A stretch of 53,890 bases of DNA, from contig JBDREN010000138.1 of the NCBI GenBank assembly GCA_043819795.1, positions 1-53,890 on the forward strand, read 5' to 3'. The notes below the pieces were generated by a model. It had not been told where the DNA came from and ran no database searches. It saw only the letters and a program-made list of their open reading frames with translations. Positions within the stretch are counted from its first letter, which is position 1, and every line of letters starts with the position of its first letter. The position numbers were made by a program, and so were the translations under genes. Of the stretch, positions 1 to 8,302 are shown piece by piece. The DNA comes from Elusimicrobiota bacterium. GTDB taxonomy: Bacteria; Elusimicrobiota; Elusimicrobia; UBA1565.

Positions 1-250
1 CCGGCGTCGCCGGCCGCGCGGGCGCGCCCTGCCCCGGACCGGCGGCCCTCGCCGGGCCTTGCGCCCCTCCGCCCTGGGGAGGGCGCTGCTGGGGCGGCGG
101 CGCCGTCGCCTGCCCGGCAACGACCCGGATGGCCTGGTCGATCATCGCCGCGGGGACCCCCTGCTTGAGCAACTGGCTCCGCAGCGCGGCCACCGGGTAC
201 TTGTCCTTGTACTGCCGCAGATAGGCGACGATCTGCTGTAAATTCGCCAT
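1..250 (-). CDS. Hypothetical protein, 5' part only (runs off the window)
   Basis: Manual translation from ATG at 250: MANLQQIVAYLRQYKDKYPVAALRSQLLKQGVPAAMIDQAI..., open to position 1; missing from the ORF track because it is truncated. Confidence 0.7.
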   Translation of the reverse strand, partial: MANLQQIVAYLRQYKDKYPVAALRSQLLKQGVPAAMIDQAIRVVAGQATAPPPQQRPPQGGGAQGPARAAGPGQGAPARPATP

Positions 251-428
251 CAACTCACCCTATACGGGGTCCCAAGGCCCTGCCTGCACGATATCCAAGG
301 GTTCTCGGCGGGTCGGCGGTATAAGTTTAGTCGCACGCGATGAAAAAATCAATAGTCAGATTGTTTCATGATCCCGGCGCCCCGGCCGGGGCGCTCGGCC
401 CCCGCCGCGACGACCGCACTCCGCGGCC

Positions 429-1487
429 TCATCGGGAAAGCTCCTTTTCCCATTCGAACGGGCCCTTCGGCCAGTAAAGCCCCAATCGCATCGCGACGTC
501 CACGTCGGCCGCCCGCGCGATCCCTTCGTCGACCACCGCGTGCGCCTCGGCGAACACCGCTTCCAGGACCGTCCGGAGGATGGCCGGCGCCGCCTCAGGA
601 CTCCCGTTGTAGCCGGCCGCCAATTCGGCGACCAGCGGGTTCTCGGTGCCCGGCGGGTTCTCGCCGTACACGTAGAACCCCCGGCTGTTGCGGCGCCCGC
701 GGCACCCGCGCACGATCAGGGCCTGTTCGATCGCGGGCGGCTTCAATCGCTCGGGACGGCCGAGGAGCTGATAGACGATCTCCGACACCGCAAAGTCCTC
801 CTCCAGGCCGAAAAAGTCGAGGATCTCGAATGGGCCCGCGCGAAAGCCCCCTCGAGCGCGCAGCGCGGCGTCGATGGCGGCCGGCGTCCCGCGCCCCCCC
901 TCCAGCAGGCGCATGGCCGTCAGGTAGAACGCCCGCGCGACGCGGTTGACGACGAAACCGGGCCGGTCCGCGCAGACCACCGCGGTCTTGCCCAGGCGCG
1001 CGGCCAGCTCGGCCGCGACGCCGAGCGCGGCTTCCGAGGCGTGCTCGTAGCGGATGAGCTCGACGAGCTTCGTGATGTGGGGGGGATGGAAGAACTGCAG
1101 GCCGACCACGCGCTCCGGATTCTCGACGGCCCGAGCCACCACGCTCACCGGCAGGGCCGTCGTCTGGACGGCCAGCACGCAGGACCGCTCGACCCGGGCG
1201 TCGATCCGGCGCAGCAGGTCCTGCTTGGCCTCGGGAGCCTCGGAGGCGCACTCGATCACCAGGTCGCAGGGCTCGAGCTTGTCGAGCCTGGTGGCCTTGC
1301 GCAGCAGGCCGAACGCGGCGGGCTGCTCCGCCCGGTGCAGGCCGCGCAGCACCATATCCTCGGCGTAGCCGAGGACCTGCTCCGTATCGTCGACGAGGAG
1401 GACCTCGAGCCCGGACTGCACGCACGCCTGCGCGATCCCCGCGCCCAGCGGCCCCGCGCCGACGACGCCTATCTGCCTGATTTCCAT
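429..1487 (-). CDS. 3-hydroxyacyl-CoA dehydrogenase family protein (PaaH/Hbd-like, two C-terminal domains)
   Basis: Rossmann VVGAGPLGAGIA, DLVIE, DRPGFVVNR, GPFEILD and a second GPFE motif; catalytic region reads GLQFFHP instead of GMHFFNP. Confidence 0.85.
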   Translation of the reverse strand: MEIRQIGVVGAGPLGAGIAQACVQSGLEVLLVDDTEQVLGYAEDMVLRGLHRAEQPAAFGLLRKATRLDKLEPCDLVIECASEAPEAKQDLLRRIDARVERSCVLAVQTTALPVSVVARAVENPERVVGLQFFHPPHITKLVELIRYEHASEAALGVAAELAARLGKTAVVCADRPGFVVNRVARAFYLTAMRLLEGGRGTPAAIDAALRARGGFRAGPFEILDFFGLEEDFAVSEIVYQLLGRPERLKPPAIEQALIVRGCRGRRNSRGFYVYGENPPGTENPLVAELAAGYNGSPEAAPAILRTVLEAVFAEAHAVVDEGIARAADVDVAMRLGLYWPKGPFEWEKELSR

Positions 1488-1668
1488 TTATCGCGCCCCT
1501 CTCCAGCTCTCCAGGCGCGGCGCGCTCGGAGCGTGTGAGCCTCTGCTCTCAGGTAACCCCGCCCGCCTCCGGCGGGCGTCCGATCCCCGGGTGGCTCGGC
1601 GGCGCATCGGACCCGAGGCGAAGAGCGAGAGAAAAATGCGTCGCGGCCGGGACGGGGAGCCGCGCGCA

Positions 1669-2049
1669 TCAGGGGGGGCCCAGCTTCTCGGTGACAGCGA
1701 TCGCCAAGTCCTTGAGGTTCAACGGCTTGTACAGTATCTTCGTGTCCGGACGGAACTCCACCAGCCTGGCCTGACGGTCCTCGGACTGGCCCGTGATGAA
1801 GATGATCGGGATCTCCCGGGTCTTCTCCGATATCCGGAGCAAGGCCTGGGCCGTCCCGCCGCTCAAACCGGGCATATCAAGGTCGGAGATGATCAGGTCG
1901 GGCATGATCTCGGGGGCCTTCCGGTAGAGCATCGAGCCGTCCTCCACCACCAGGACCTCGTAGCCCAGCTCCGAAAGGTAGTCCTTCAGGAGGGAGCTGC
2001 ACTCCTTGTCGTCGTCCGCGACGAGAATCCTCTTCTTCAACGTTTCCAC
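1669..2049 (-). CDS. Single-domain response regulator (CheY-like receiver)
   Basis: RILVADDD, PDLIISDLDMP (phospho-Asp), IPIIFITG, KP motifs; start placed at GTG 2049, overlapping the GNAT end. Confidence 0.85.
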   Translation of the reverse strand: METLKKRILVADDDKECSSLLKDYLSELGYEVLVVEDGSMLYRKAPEIMPDLIISDLDMPGLSGGTAQALLRISEKTREIPIIFITGQSEDRQARLVEFRPDTKILYKPLNLKDLAIAVTEKLGPP

Positions 2050-2591
2050 TCGTCTTTCAGCAGGCCCCAGCACTCCTGGTCCACCCAGCGCCCGTTGACC
2101 CGTTTATCCGCGCGCAGGCAGCCCTCGTAGCGGAAACCGAGCCTCTTGAGCACCTTGCGGAACGCGCGGTTGCTGGGGTCGAGCCGGGCGTAGACGCGAT
2201 GAAGCCCGGCCTTCCTGAACGCGTGCTCCAGGACGAGCCTCCCGGCCTCCGCGGCGTAGCCCTTATCCTGCCTGCCCGAGCGGACCCAGGCCCCGATCCG
2301 CGCCTGCGAGCCCTCGGCCTTGTGCATCCCCTGCAGGGCGGTCATCCCAACGAGCTTCTCGGAGCGGTTATCGAACGCTCCCCACGTAAAGGCGTCGCCG
2401 CTGGCCGCCTCGGCCTCGGCCTGAGCGATGAAGCGGGCCTCGTCGGACGCCTCGCGGACCTCGGAGACCCACCGCAGCCGCCGCTTGAGGCTCTCGCGCG
2501 AGGACTCGACGGCCTCGAACAGGGCCTCGGCGTCGGCCGCGGCGAGCGGGCGAAGATGGAGACGGCGCCCCTGCATCCTATCCTTGGCCAT
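2037..2591 (-). CDS. GNAT N-acetyltransferase, RimJ/RimL family
   Basis: LHLRPL, QDKGYA, N..S..V..RLGFRYEG pattern; ATG at 2591 preferred (ORF track starts at 2612). Confidence 0.85.
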   Translation of the reverse strand: MAKDRMQGRRLHLRPLAAADAEALFEAVESSRESLKRRLRWVSEVREASDEARFIAQAEAEAASGDAFTWGAFDNRSEKLVGMTALQGMHKAEGSQARIGAWVRSGRQDKGYAAEAGRLVLEHAFRKAGLHRVYARLDPSNRAFRKVLKRLGFRYEGCLRADKRVNGRWVDQECWGLLKDEWKR

Positions 2592-2994
2592 GCTGATTAC
2601 CCTTGCGCGCATCCCGAAGCAGACGGGCGAATCGGCCGCGGGACATCACCACTTGAACACACGAACCCTCGCCGATTTTACGATTTTTGGAATACACTTC
2701 CAAACGCGTGTAGACGCGGCTCCCGCGCACGCTCACGAGCGTGGCCGCGACCCGGAGATGCGCGCGGACTCCGACCGGCCGGAGGTGTTTGATGAGCATC
2801 CCGCCGCTGACCGCCTCCTCGTGCTCCTCTAGATGCGGGGCGAGCAGCATCCGGGACGCCGTCTCCATATGGTAGGCCATCGCCCATGTCGAATACAGCG
2901 GGTGGCGAACGAGCCCTTCGAGCCTCGGCTTCATCCAGGGCCGCACCACCACCGGCAGCTCCACTTTCAGGCCTTTGCGCAAATGCGGTTTCAT
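2578..2994 (-). CDS. Hotdog-fold thioesterase (fluoroacetyl-CoA thioesterase FlK-like)
   Basis: YST..M...ME.A, I.HL.P..VG and IGEG motifs; 138 aa; start overlaps upstream stop. Confidence 0.75.
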   Translation of the reverse strand: MKPHLRKGLKVELPVVVRPWMKPRLEGLVRHPLYSTWAMAYHMETASRMLLAPHLEEHEEAVSGGMLIKHLRPVGVRAHLRVAATLVSVRGSRVYTRLEVYSKNRKIGEGSCVQVVMSRGRFARLLRDARKGNQHGQG

Positions 2995-4535
2995 GATTCC
3001 TCCGGGATGAGGGCGAGGGCGGCGTCCAGGAGCCGGCGAGCCGTTCCGGCGAAATCCATGCGCGCCGAGGCCGAGGCCTCCCTGGCGCGGCGGCCCATCC
3101 GCCGCAGGCCCGCGGGATCGCCGAGCATCTCCTCGAGCCCGACGGCGAGCAGACGCGGGCGCAGGCCCGCGTCTCCGTAGGGCACCGTACGCCCGTAGGA
3201 CGGGTCGAGGATCTCATCGCCCCCGTAATGGTCGCTGGCCAGGATCGGCAGGCCGGCCCGCATCGCCTCGACGATGGTCAACCCGTAGCTCTCATGCAGC
3301 GACGGCGAGACGAAGAGGTCCGCCAGACGAAAATAAGCCTGCTTCTCGACCGGAGCGAGATATCCGGGGAAGAACACCCGGAAACGCCGGAGACGCTCCG
3401 CGGCCGCCCGCACACGCCGGCCGTAGCTCTCGCCGCGCATGAAGGCGGTCTCTCCGCAGATGAAGAGGCAGACGTCCGTCGCCCGGAACCGCGGGGAGCC
3501 CTCGAGCCGCCGCAGCGCCTCCAACAGAAGATGGATCCCCTTCTCGGGCGAAATGCGGCTCAAGGTCAATACCACGCGCGAGCCGGGCCTCAGATGGTAA
3601 TGCGCCCGAAGGCGGGACGCCTCCAACGCGACCGCCTCCTCCGAGAACGACTCGCGCCAACCGCCCCAAGGCGCGATGAGGATGCGCTCCTCCAGCGGCC
3701 GCCCCCCGACGTCGTCCGGAGGCGGCACTTCCTCGCGGTTGCGCTCGGTCGGCCGCCCCCCGACGTCGTCCGGAGGCGGCACTTCCTCGCGGTTGCGCTC
3801 GGTCGGCCGCCCCCCGACGTCGTCCGGAGGCGGCACTTCCTCGCGGTTGCGCTCGGTCGGCCGTCCTCCGTCCCGCCCGCCATAGCAGCGCCGGATCGTC
3901 TCGGCCATCCGCCGGGAAGGAAGCGCGAGAACGGCGGAGCGCTCGACCACCCGCCTCTGCTTCTGAAAGACGAGCCGCAGCACGTCGGGCACGCACCGCG
4001 CCAGCCCCCACCGCTCGATGCGGGCGAAGGCGCGGGTCCAGCGCTCCGGGGCCAGGAGGCCGCCGAGATAGAGCCGGTTGAAGAAATCGACGACGTCCAC
4101 GTGCCATATCGACAGGATCCGGTACCCGGCCCCGGCGAGGCGGTCGAGGTCCGGACTCTCGGAGATATCGTTGACGATCACCGCCGTGCGCCGGGGTTCG
4201 AAGATCCGGGGGTTGTCGAGCAAGTAGGCGGTGGTCGCGGCCTCGAACCGGCGGCAGAAACGCGCGTAGCCCATCTCCGAAAGCCGCACCAGGTCGGGGG
4301 AGCCCGGCCGCGACGGAAGCTGAAGGTAGGAGACGCCCGGGCGCTCCGGGGTCGGGTCATGAGCTCCCGAGCCCAGGACGGTGAGCCGGAAGTCCCCGGA
4401 CTTCCCCCGCGACGGCGCTCCCCCCAGGCCGGCCCAATGCCGGACAAGCTGGAGCCCGACCATACCGCCCCCGCCCAGGGGGGTCCGATCCATGGGGTAT
4501 CCCAGGTGGCTCCCGATGAAGACGACGTTCCTCAT
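2991..4535 (-). CDS. Glycosyltransferase family 4 (GT-B) with in-frame tandem repeat insert
   Basis: GGG near the N-terminus, RISPEKG, ADLFVSPSLHESYGLTIVEAM (EX7E motif); start uncertain (4535/4553/4583). Confidence 0.85.
   Translation of the reverse strand: MRNVVFIGSHLGYPMDRTPLGGGGMVGLQLVRHWAGLGGAPSRGKSGDFRLTVLGSGAHDPTPERPGVSYLQLPSRPGSPDLVRLSEMGYARFCRRFEAATTAYLLDNPRIFEPRRTAVIVNDISESPDLDRLAGAGYRILSIWHVDVVDFFNRLYLGGLLAPERWTRAFARIERWGLARCVPDVLRLVFQKQRRVVERSAVLALPSRRMAETIRRCYGGRDGGRPTERNREEVPPPDDVGGRPTERNREEVPPPDDVGGRPTERNREEVPPPDDVGGRPLEERILIAPWGGWRESFSEEAVALEASRLRAHYHLRPGSRVVLTLSRISPEKGIHLLLEALRRLEGSPRFRATDVCLFICGETAFMRGESYGRRVRAAAERLRRFRVFFPGYLAPVEKQAYFRLADLFVSPSLHESYGLTIVEAMRAGLPILASDHYGGDEILDPSYGRTVPYGDAGLRPRLLAVGLEEMLGDPAGLRRMGRRAREASASARMDFAGTARRLLDAALALIPEES
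3696..3863. repeat. Three perfect tandem 54-bp repeats inside the GT4 gene (18-aa unit GGRPTERNREEVPPPDDV)
   Basis: Unit cggccgccccccgacgtcgtccggaggcggcacttcctcgcggttgcgctcggt at 3696, 3750 and 3804, plus a closing cggccg. Confidence 0.95.
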
Positions 4536-4576
4536 GAGACCGGCCTGCATCATACTAATTCCCGCAAGGCCTCCGG

Positions 4577-4741
4577 GTCGCACCCTTCGCTACGCTCAGG
4601 GCTGAAGCCTCGCTCCGGAAGGAAGGCTTCTCCGCTCGGTGCTCGCCCTGGGGGCTGCCGCCCCCTCGGGCCCGCAAGACCCACATCGCCTTAGTGGGCC
4701 TTGCGGGTCACCCCCACTAAGGTCGGCGGACCAGGCCGCCG
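4577..4741 (-). repeat. ~150-165 bp structured interspersed element, copy 1 (inverted relative to copies 2 and 3)
   Basis: Reverse complement aligns closely with 6265-6419, with a longer loop in the first hairpin. Confidence 0.9.
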
Positions 4742-4803
4742 ACCAATAGGCCGGACTTGGACCGTCCGGCATGGCGCCCCTGCCGGGGTCGACGCGCCGC
4801 CGG

Positions 4804-4832
4804 TTGCGCCCCCCACCCCGAAGGTCTATAAT
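4804..4832 (+). promoter_or_regulatory. Sigma70-type promoter for the thiolase
   Basis: TTGCGC-17 nt-TATAAT; RBS AGGAG at 4881 before ATG 4893. Confidence 0.6.
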
Positions 4833-4892
4833 GGACTCGGTAGCACGAATCGCGCCCCGAGCCTGATCCGGGCGCCGTTAAGGAGAATCCCT

Positions 4893-6242
4893 ATGCAAGC
4901 TCAATCCCGCAAAATCGTGATCTGCGGCGGCGCCCGCACGCCCATCGGCCACATCTCCCGCTCCCTTTCGGGCCTCCAGGCCCCCGACCTCATGCGGATG
5001 GCCGTGGAATCCGCCATTTCCCAAGTCGGCGTCCCGAAAGACAAGGTCGACGGGCTCATCGCCGGCTGGGTGGCCCAAGACTTCGCGGCCCCCAACCTAG
5101 CCCGCGTGACGCTCTTGAAGACGGGGCTCCCCGAACGGTCTCAGGCGGTCACCGTTCAGAACAACTGCGTCTCCTCGATCGAGTCCGTGTCGGCGGCCGC
5201 CCGCTTCATCCTGGCCGGAGAGGGCGAACTCTACATCGCGGGCGGCACCGAGTGCATGTCCCGGATGCCCTACACGATCGCCGGCTCCCGCGCGGCCAAG
5301 GAGCTGCGCTCGCTCGACACGGTGAAGGCTAAATGGGGCGAGCTCCTGCAGAGCGAAGCGGTCGCGGTCCTCGACTCGATGGAGCAGGGCCTCACCGACC
5401 CGGTCAAGAACATCAACATGGCCGCCACAGCCGAGGTCTGCGCCCAGATGTTCGGGATTACCCGGGACGCCCAGGACGCCTACGCCTGCGAAAGCTTCAA
5501 GCGCTGCATCGACGGCTGGAACAACGGCTTCTACGCCTCGCATGTGGCCGCCGCCAAGGTGAACGGCACGGACCTGCTCGAGAAGGACGAATATCCCTTC
5601 CTGCGCCAGGACCTCGTCGCCAAGCCCAGGAAGTTCTCGAAGGCCCCCGTGCTCTTCGACAACTCGTTCTACCCGCTCCAAAAGTTCTACAGCGACTTCG
5701 GGAAGTACATGGAGGGCAAGCAGTTCGATCCCGAGGCCAAGGGGACGGTCACCCTCTTCAACTCCTGCGGGCGCTCCGACGGCGCGGCCGCGGTCGTCGT
5801 CGCCACCGAGGAGCGGGCCAAGGCGCTGGGCCTGCCGGTGCTCGCAGAGATCAAGAGCTGGGCCTTCGTCGGCAACAATCCGGCGCACATGGGCATCGCC
5901 CCGGCGATCGCCACCCCCGTCGCTCTCGAGAAGGCCGGCGTGAAGTTCGACGACCTGGACCAGATCGAGCTCCACGAGCCATTCGCCGCCACCGTACTCT
6001 CGATCTTCAAGATCGGCAAGGAGCGCTTCGGCCACGACTGGGACGCCAAGCACAAGAGCGGCGCGCTCAACCCCAACGGCGGCTCGCTCGCAATCGGCCA
6101 TCCGCTCGGGGCCACCGGGACACGCATGCTACTCAACGTCCTTTACGCGCTGAAGAACAACCCGAACGGGCGCCTCGGCATGATCGCCGCCTGCGCCGGC
6201 GGCGGCATGGGCGGAGCGATGATCGTCGAGAAGATCGCCTAG
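4893..6242 (+). CDS. Thiolase (acetyl-CoA C-acyltransferase), HEAF-type
   Basis: RTPIG, NNCVSS (catalytic Cys), HEPFA, GHPLGATG, CAGGGMG; ATG 4893 with RBS. Confidence 0.92.
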   Translation: MQAQSRKIVICGGARTPIGHISRSLSGLQAPDLMRMAVESAISQVGVPKDKVDGLIAGWVAQDFAAPNLARVTLLKTGLPERSQAVTVQNNCVSSIESVSAAARFILAGEGELYIAGGTECMSRMPYTIAGSRAAKELRSLDTVKAKWGELLQSEAVAVLDSMEQGLTDPVKNINMAATAEVCAQMFGITRDAQDAYACESFKRCIDGWNNGFYASHVAAAKVNGTDLLEKDEYPFLRQDLVAKPRKFSKAPVLFDNSFYPLQKFYSDFGKYMEGKQFDPEAKGTVTLFNSCGRSDGAAAVVVATEERAKALGLPVLAEIKSWAFVGNNPAHMGIAPAIATPVALEKAGVKFDDLDQIELHEPFAATVLSIFKIGKERFGHDWDAKHKSGALNPNGGSLAIGHPLGATGTRMLLNVLYALKNNPNGRLGMIAACAGGGMGGAMIVEKIA

Positions 6243-6456
6243 GGCGCCGAAGAAGTTTTATCCCCGGCGGCATGGTCCGCCGACCTTAGTGGGGGTGACC
6301 CGCAAGGCCCAACGGGTCTTGCGGGCCCGAGGGGGCGGAAGCCCCTAGGGGGAGCACCGAGCGGAGAAGCCTTCCTCTCGGAGCGAGGCTTCAGCCCTGA
6401 GCGCAGCGAAGGGTGCGACAGAGGGGCGGAGCGATGATCGTCGAGAAGATCGCCTA
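6209..6456 (+). repeat. 33-bp direct duplication of the thiolase 3' end flanking element copy 2
   Basis: gggcggagcgatgatcgtcgagaagatcgccta at 6209-6241 and 6424-6456. Confidence 0.9.
6265..6423 (+). repeat. ~150-bp structured interspersed element, copy 2
   Basis: cggcggcatggtccgccgacctta...gggtgcgacagag; internal hairpins cccgcaaggccc/gggtcttgcggg, ggggc-GGAA-gcccc, gaagcct/aggcttc. Confidence 0.9.
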
Positions 6457-6462
6457 AGTAGA

Positions 6463-6505
6463 GCGAAAGGCCGGGAAACCGCGCCGCGGATTCCCGGCCT
6501 TTCGC
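6463..6505. terminator. Probable bidirectional terminator hairpin between convergent genes
   Basis: 15-bp perfect stem gcgaaaggccgggaa/ttcccggcctttcgc; no strong U-tract. Confidence 0.6.
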
Positions 6506-6517
6506 GACCGTGCCGCC

Positions 6518-7195
6518 CTAGCGGCACGCGGGCTGCATGCCCACCCCGAAGAACTTCGTGCCCGTGATATTCCCGCGCGCCTCGCGGTAAAGCTCGACGA
6601 GCAGCGCGAGGGGGTCGCTGTCCTTGAGCAGCAGGTGTCGCGTCGGCCGCCCCTTCTTCTTCTTGGGCGGCACGATCACGACCGTCAGCGAGAACTCCTC
6701 CTGCAGCTCGCACTCGGTGCACTTCGTCTTCTGGATGAGGAAGTTCTCTTCGTCCTCGGTGATAGGCAGGAAACCCATGCTCAGCAGCGTATCGACGTAC
6801 CGCTGGGATTCCACCTTCTCCGAGCACACGGGCTCATCCTCCACGCCGAGCCGGCGCAGCGGCGGCTTCTTCTTGCCCTCGGCGATCTTGCGCAAGGCGA
6901 GCAGCTCGGTCCGCTTGGCCCGGTACCGGTCCCGCAGCCTTCGCGGAAGGGCCTCCGGATCGACCTCCATGAACTGCGGGACCGCCTCGTAAGGGAGGTC
7001 CCCCGTTTCGGCTGCCAGGAAGAACTCGACGAGCCGGATCGTGTCGGAGCTGGCCGCCACGCGCTCGGGCTCGGCTTTGACCTCGCCCTGAGCGGGAGGC
7101 TTCTCGGGGGCGCGCCCCTTGCGTCCGGCGTGAGCCGGCCGCGCGAGGCAGGAGAAGGCCATGAGCAGCGCCAAGACCGCCGCGGGAACGCGCAT
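6518..7195 (-). CDS. Hypothetical exported protein
   Basis: Signal peptide MRVPAAVLALLMAFSCLARPAHA; coding-like composition; several Cys including CTEC; no family recognised. Confidence 0.75.
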   Translation of the reverse strand: MRVPAAVLALLMAFSCLARPAHAGRKGRAPEKPPAQGEVKAEPERVAASSDTIRLVEFFLAAETGDLPYEAVPQFMEVDPEALPRRLRDRYRAKRTELLALRKIAEGKKKPPLRRLGVEDEPVCSEKVESQRYVDTLLSMGFLPITEDEENFLIQKTKCTECELQEEFSLTVVIVPPKKKKGRPTRHLLLKDSDPLALLVELYREARGNITGTKFFGVGMQPACR

Positions 7196-7201
7196 ACCTC
7201 A

Positions 7202-7274
7202 AGTATACCCCCACTTCCGCCCACTATCAACGCCGCCGGGGACGCTTGCCCTCCGGGCCGAGCCCTCGTACAAT
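7202..7274. promoter_or_regulatory. Back-to-back sigma70-type promoters
   Basis: Minus strand: TTGATA(7230-7225)-17-TATACT(7207-7202). Plus strand: TTGCCC(7246)-17-TACAAT(7269-7274). Confidence 0.6.
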
Positions 7275-7285
7275 AGTCCGGCCCC

Positions 7286-8236
7286 ATGCGACCCCCTCAT
7301 GTCGCCAGCCGGCGCGAGCTGCGCCACGCCCGAGCCGCGGAGCTGGCCTTAACGGCGCTGTTCGCGGCGTCCGTCTTCGCGGTATTCGCGGCCGCGGCGG
7401 GCCTGCTATTGGCCGCGCCCTTCGCCGCCCTCGTGCCGGCCCCGGCCCGGATGCTGCTCTACGGGCTTTCGGCCGCGGGCGCTCTGTGCATCGCCTACGC
7501 CGTCTTCATAGAGCCCTACCGCCTGACGATCCGCCGCGTCGAGGTGCGCAGCCCCAAGCTGGGCCCGGCCCCTGTCCGTCTGGCGCATCTGTCCGACATC
7601 CACGTCCGGGACTGGAGCCGGATCGAAGAACGGCTCGTCGAGGAGGTCCGCGCGCTCCGGCCGGACCTGATCCTCATCAGCGGGGACCTCCCCGCGCGCC
7701 GGGGCTCGGTGGCGGCCGTGCGGCGGCTCATGGGTGAGCTGGCGTCCATCGCCCCCACGTACTGCTCCCGCGGCAACTTCGAGTACCGCGATGTGGGGCA
7801 TGCGCCGCTGCTGGAGGGAAGCCGCGCGGTCTGGCTGCTCAACGAGCTCGTCACGCTGCGCGCCGGCGGCGCCAGCCTGGCCGTGGCGGGCGTGGACGCG
7901 GGGGACGAGAATACGGCCCGGAGCCTGGGAAGAAGCTCGGACCCCAAGATCTTCTCGATATGCCTCTATCACTATCCGGACCTGGTCCCCGAACTGGAGC
8001 GGCTTCCCTACGACCTCGTGCTCTGCGGCCACGCGCACGGCGGGCAGGTCCGCCTTCCCTGGATCGGAGCCCTGGTGAGCGGCTCTCGATCGGGGACCCG
8101 GTACGCGCGCGGAGTGTTCCGGTCGGGCGGCCGGACCGCCTGCGTCACGCAGGGAATCGGCTGCGAGAGCGGCTTCATCCCGCGGCTTCGCTTTCTGTGC
8201 CCGCCCGAGATCGTGCTGATCACCCTCACAAGGTAG
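7286..8236 (+). CDS. Membrane-anchored metallophosphoesterase (YkuE/YaeI-like)
   Basis: Two N-terminal hydrophobic helices; SDIH, SGD, GNF(E), HYPD, GHAHGGQ motifs. Confidence 0.85.
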   Translation: MRPPHVASRRELRHARAAELALTALFAASVFAVFAAAAGLLLAAPFAALVPAPARMLLYGLSAAGALCIAYAVFIEPYRLTIRRVEVRSPKLGPAPVRLAHLSDIHVRDWSRIEERLVEEVRALRPDLILISGDLPARRGSVAAVRRLMGELASIAPTYCSRGNFEYRDVGHAPLLEGSRAVWLLNELVTLRAGGASLAVAGVDAGDENTARSLGRSSDPKIFSICLYHYPDLVPELERLPYDLVLCGHAHGGQVRLPWIGALVSGSRSGTRYARGVFRSGGRTACVTQGIGCESGFIPRLRFLCPPEIVLITLTR

Positions 8237-8302
8237 CCGCGGACGTGTCCCGCGCTCGACGCTGTCTTTTTGGCGACGCGCCGCAGGTTCTGTCTTTGGC
8301 GG

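Noticed and set aside
3696..3863. CRISPR array
   Set aside because: Head-to-tail identical units with no spacers, in frame within a gene.
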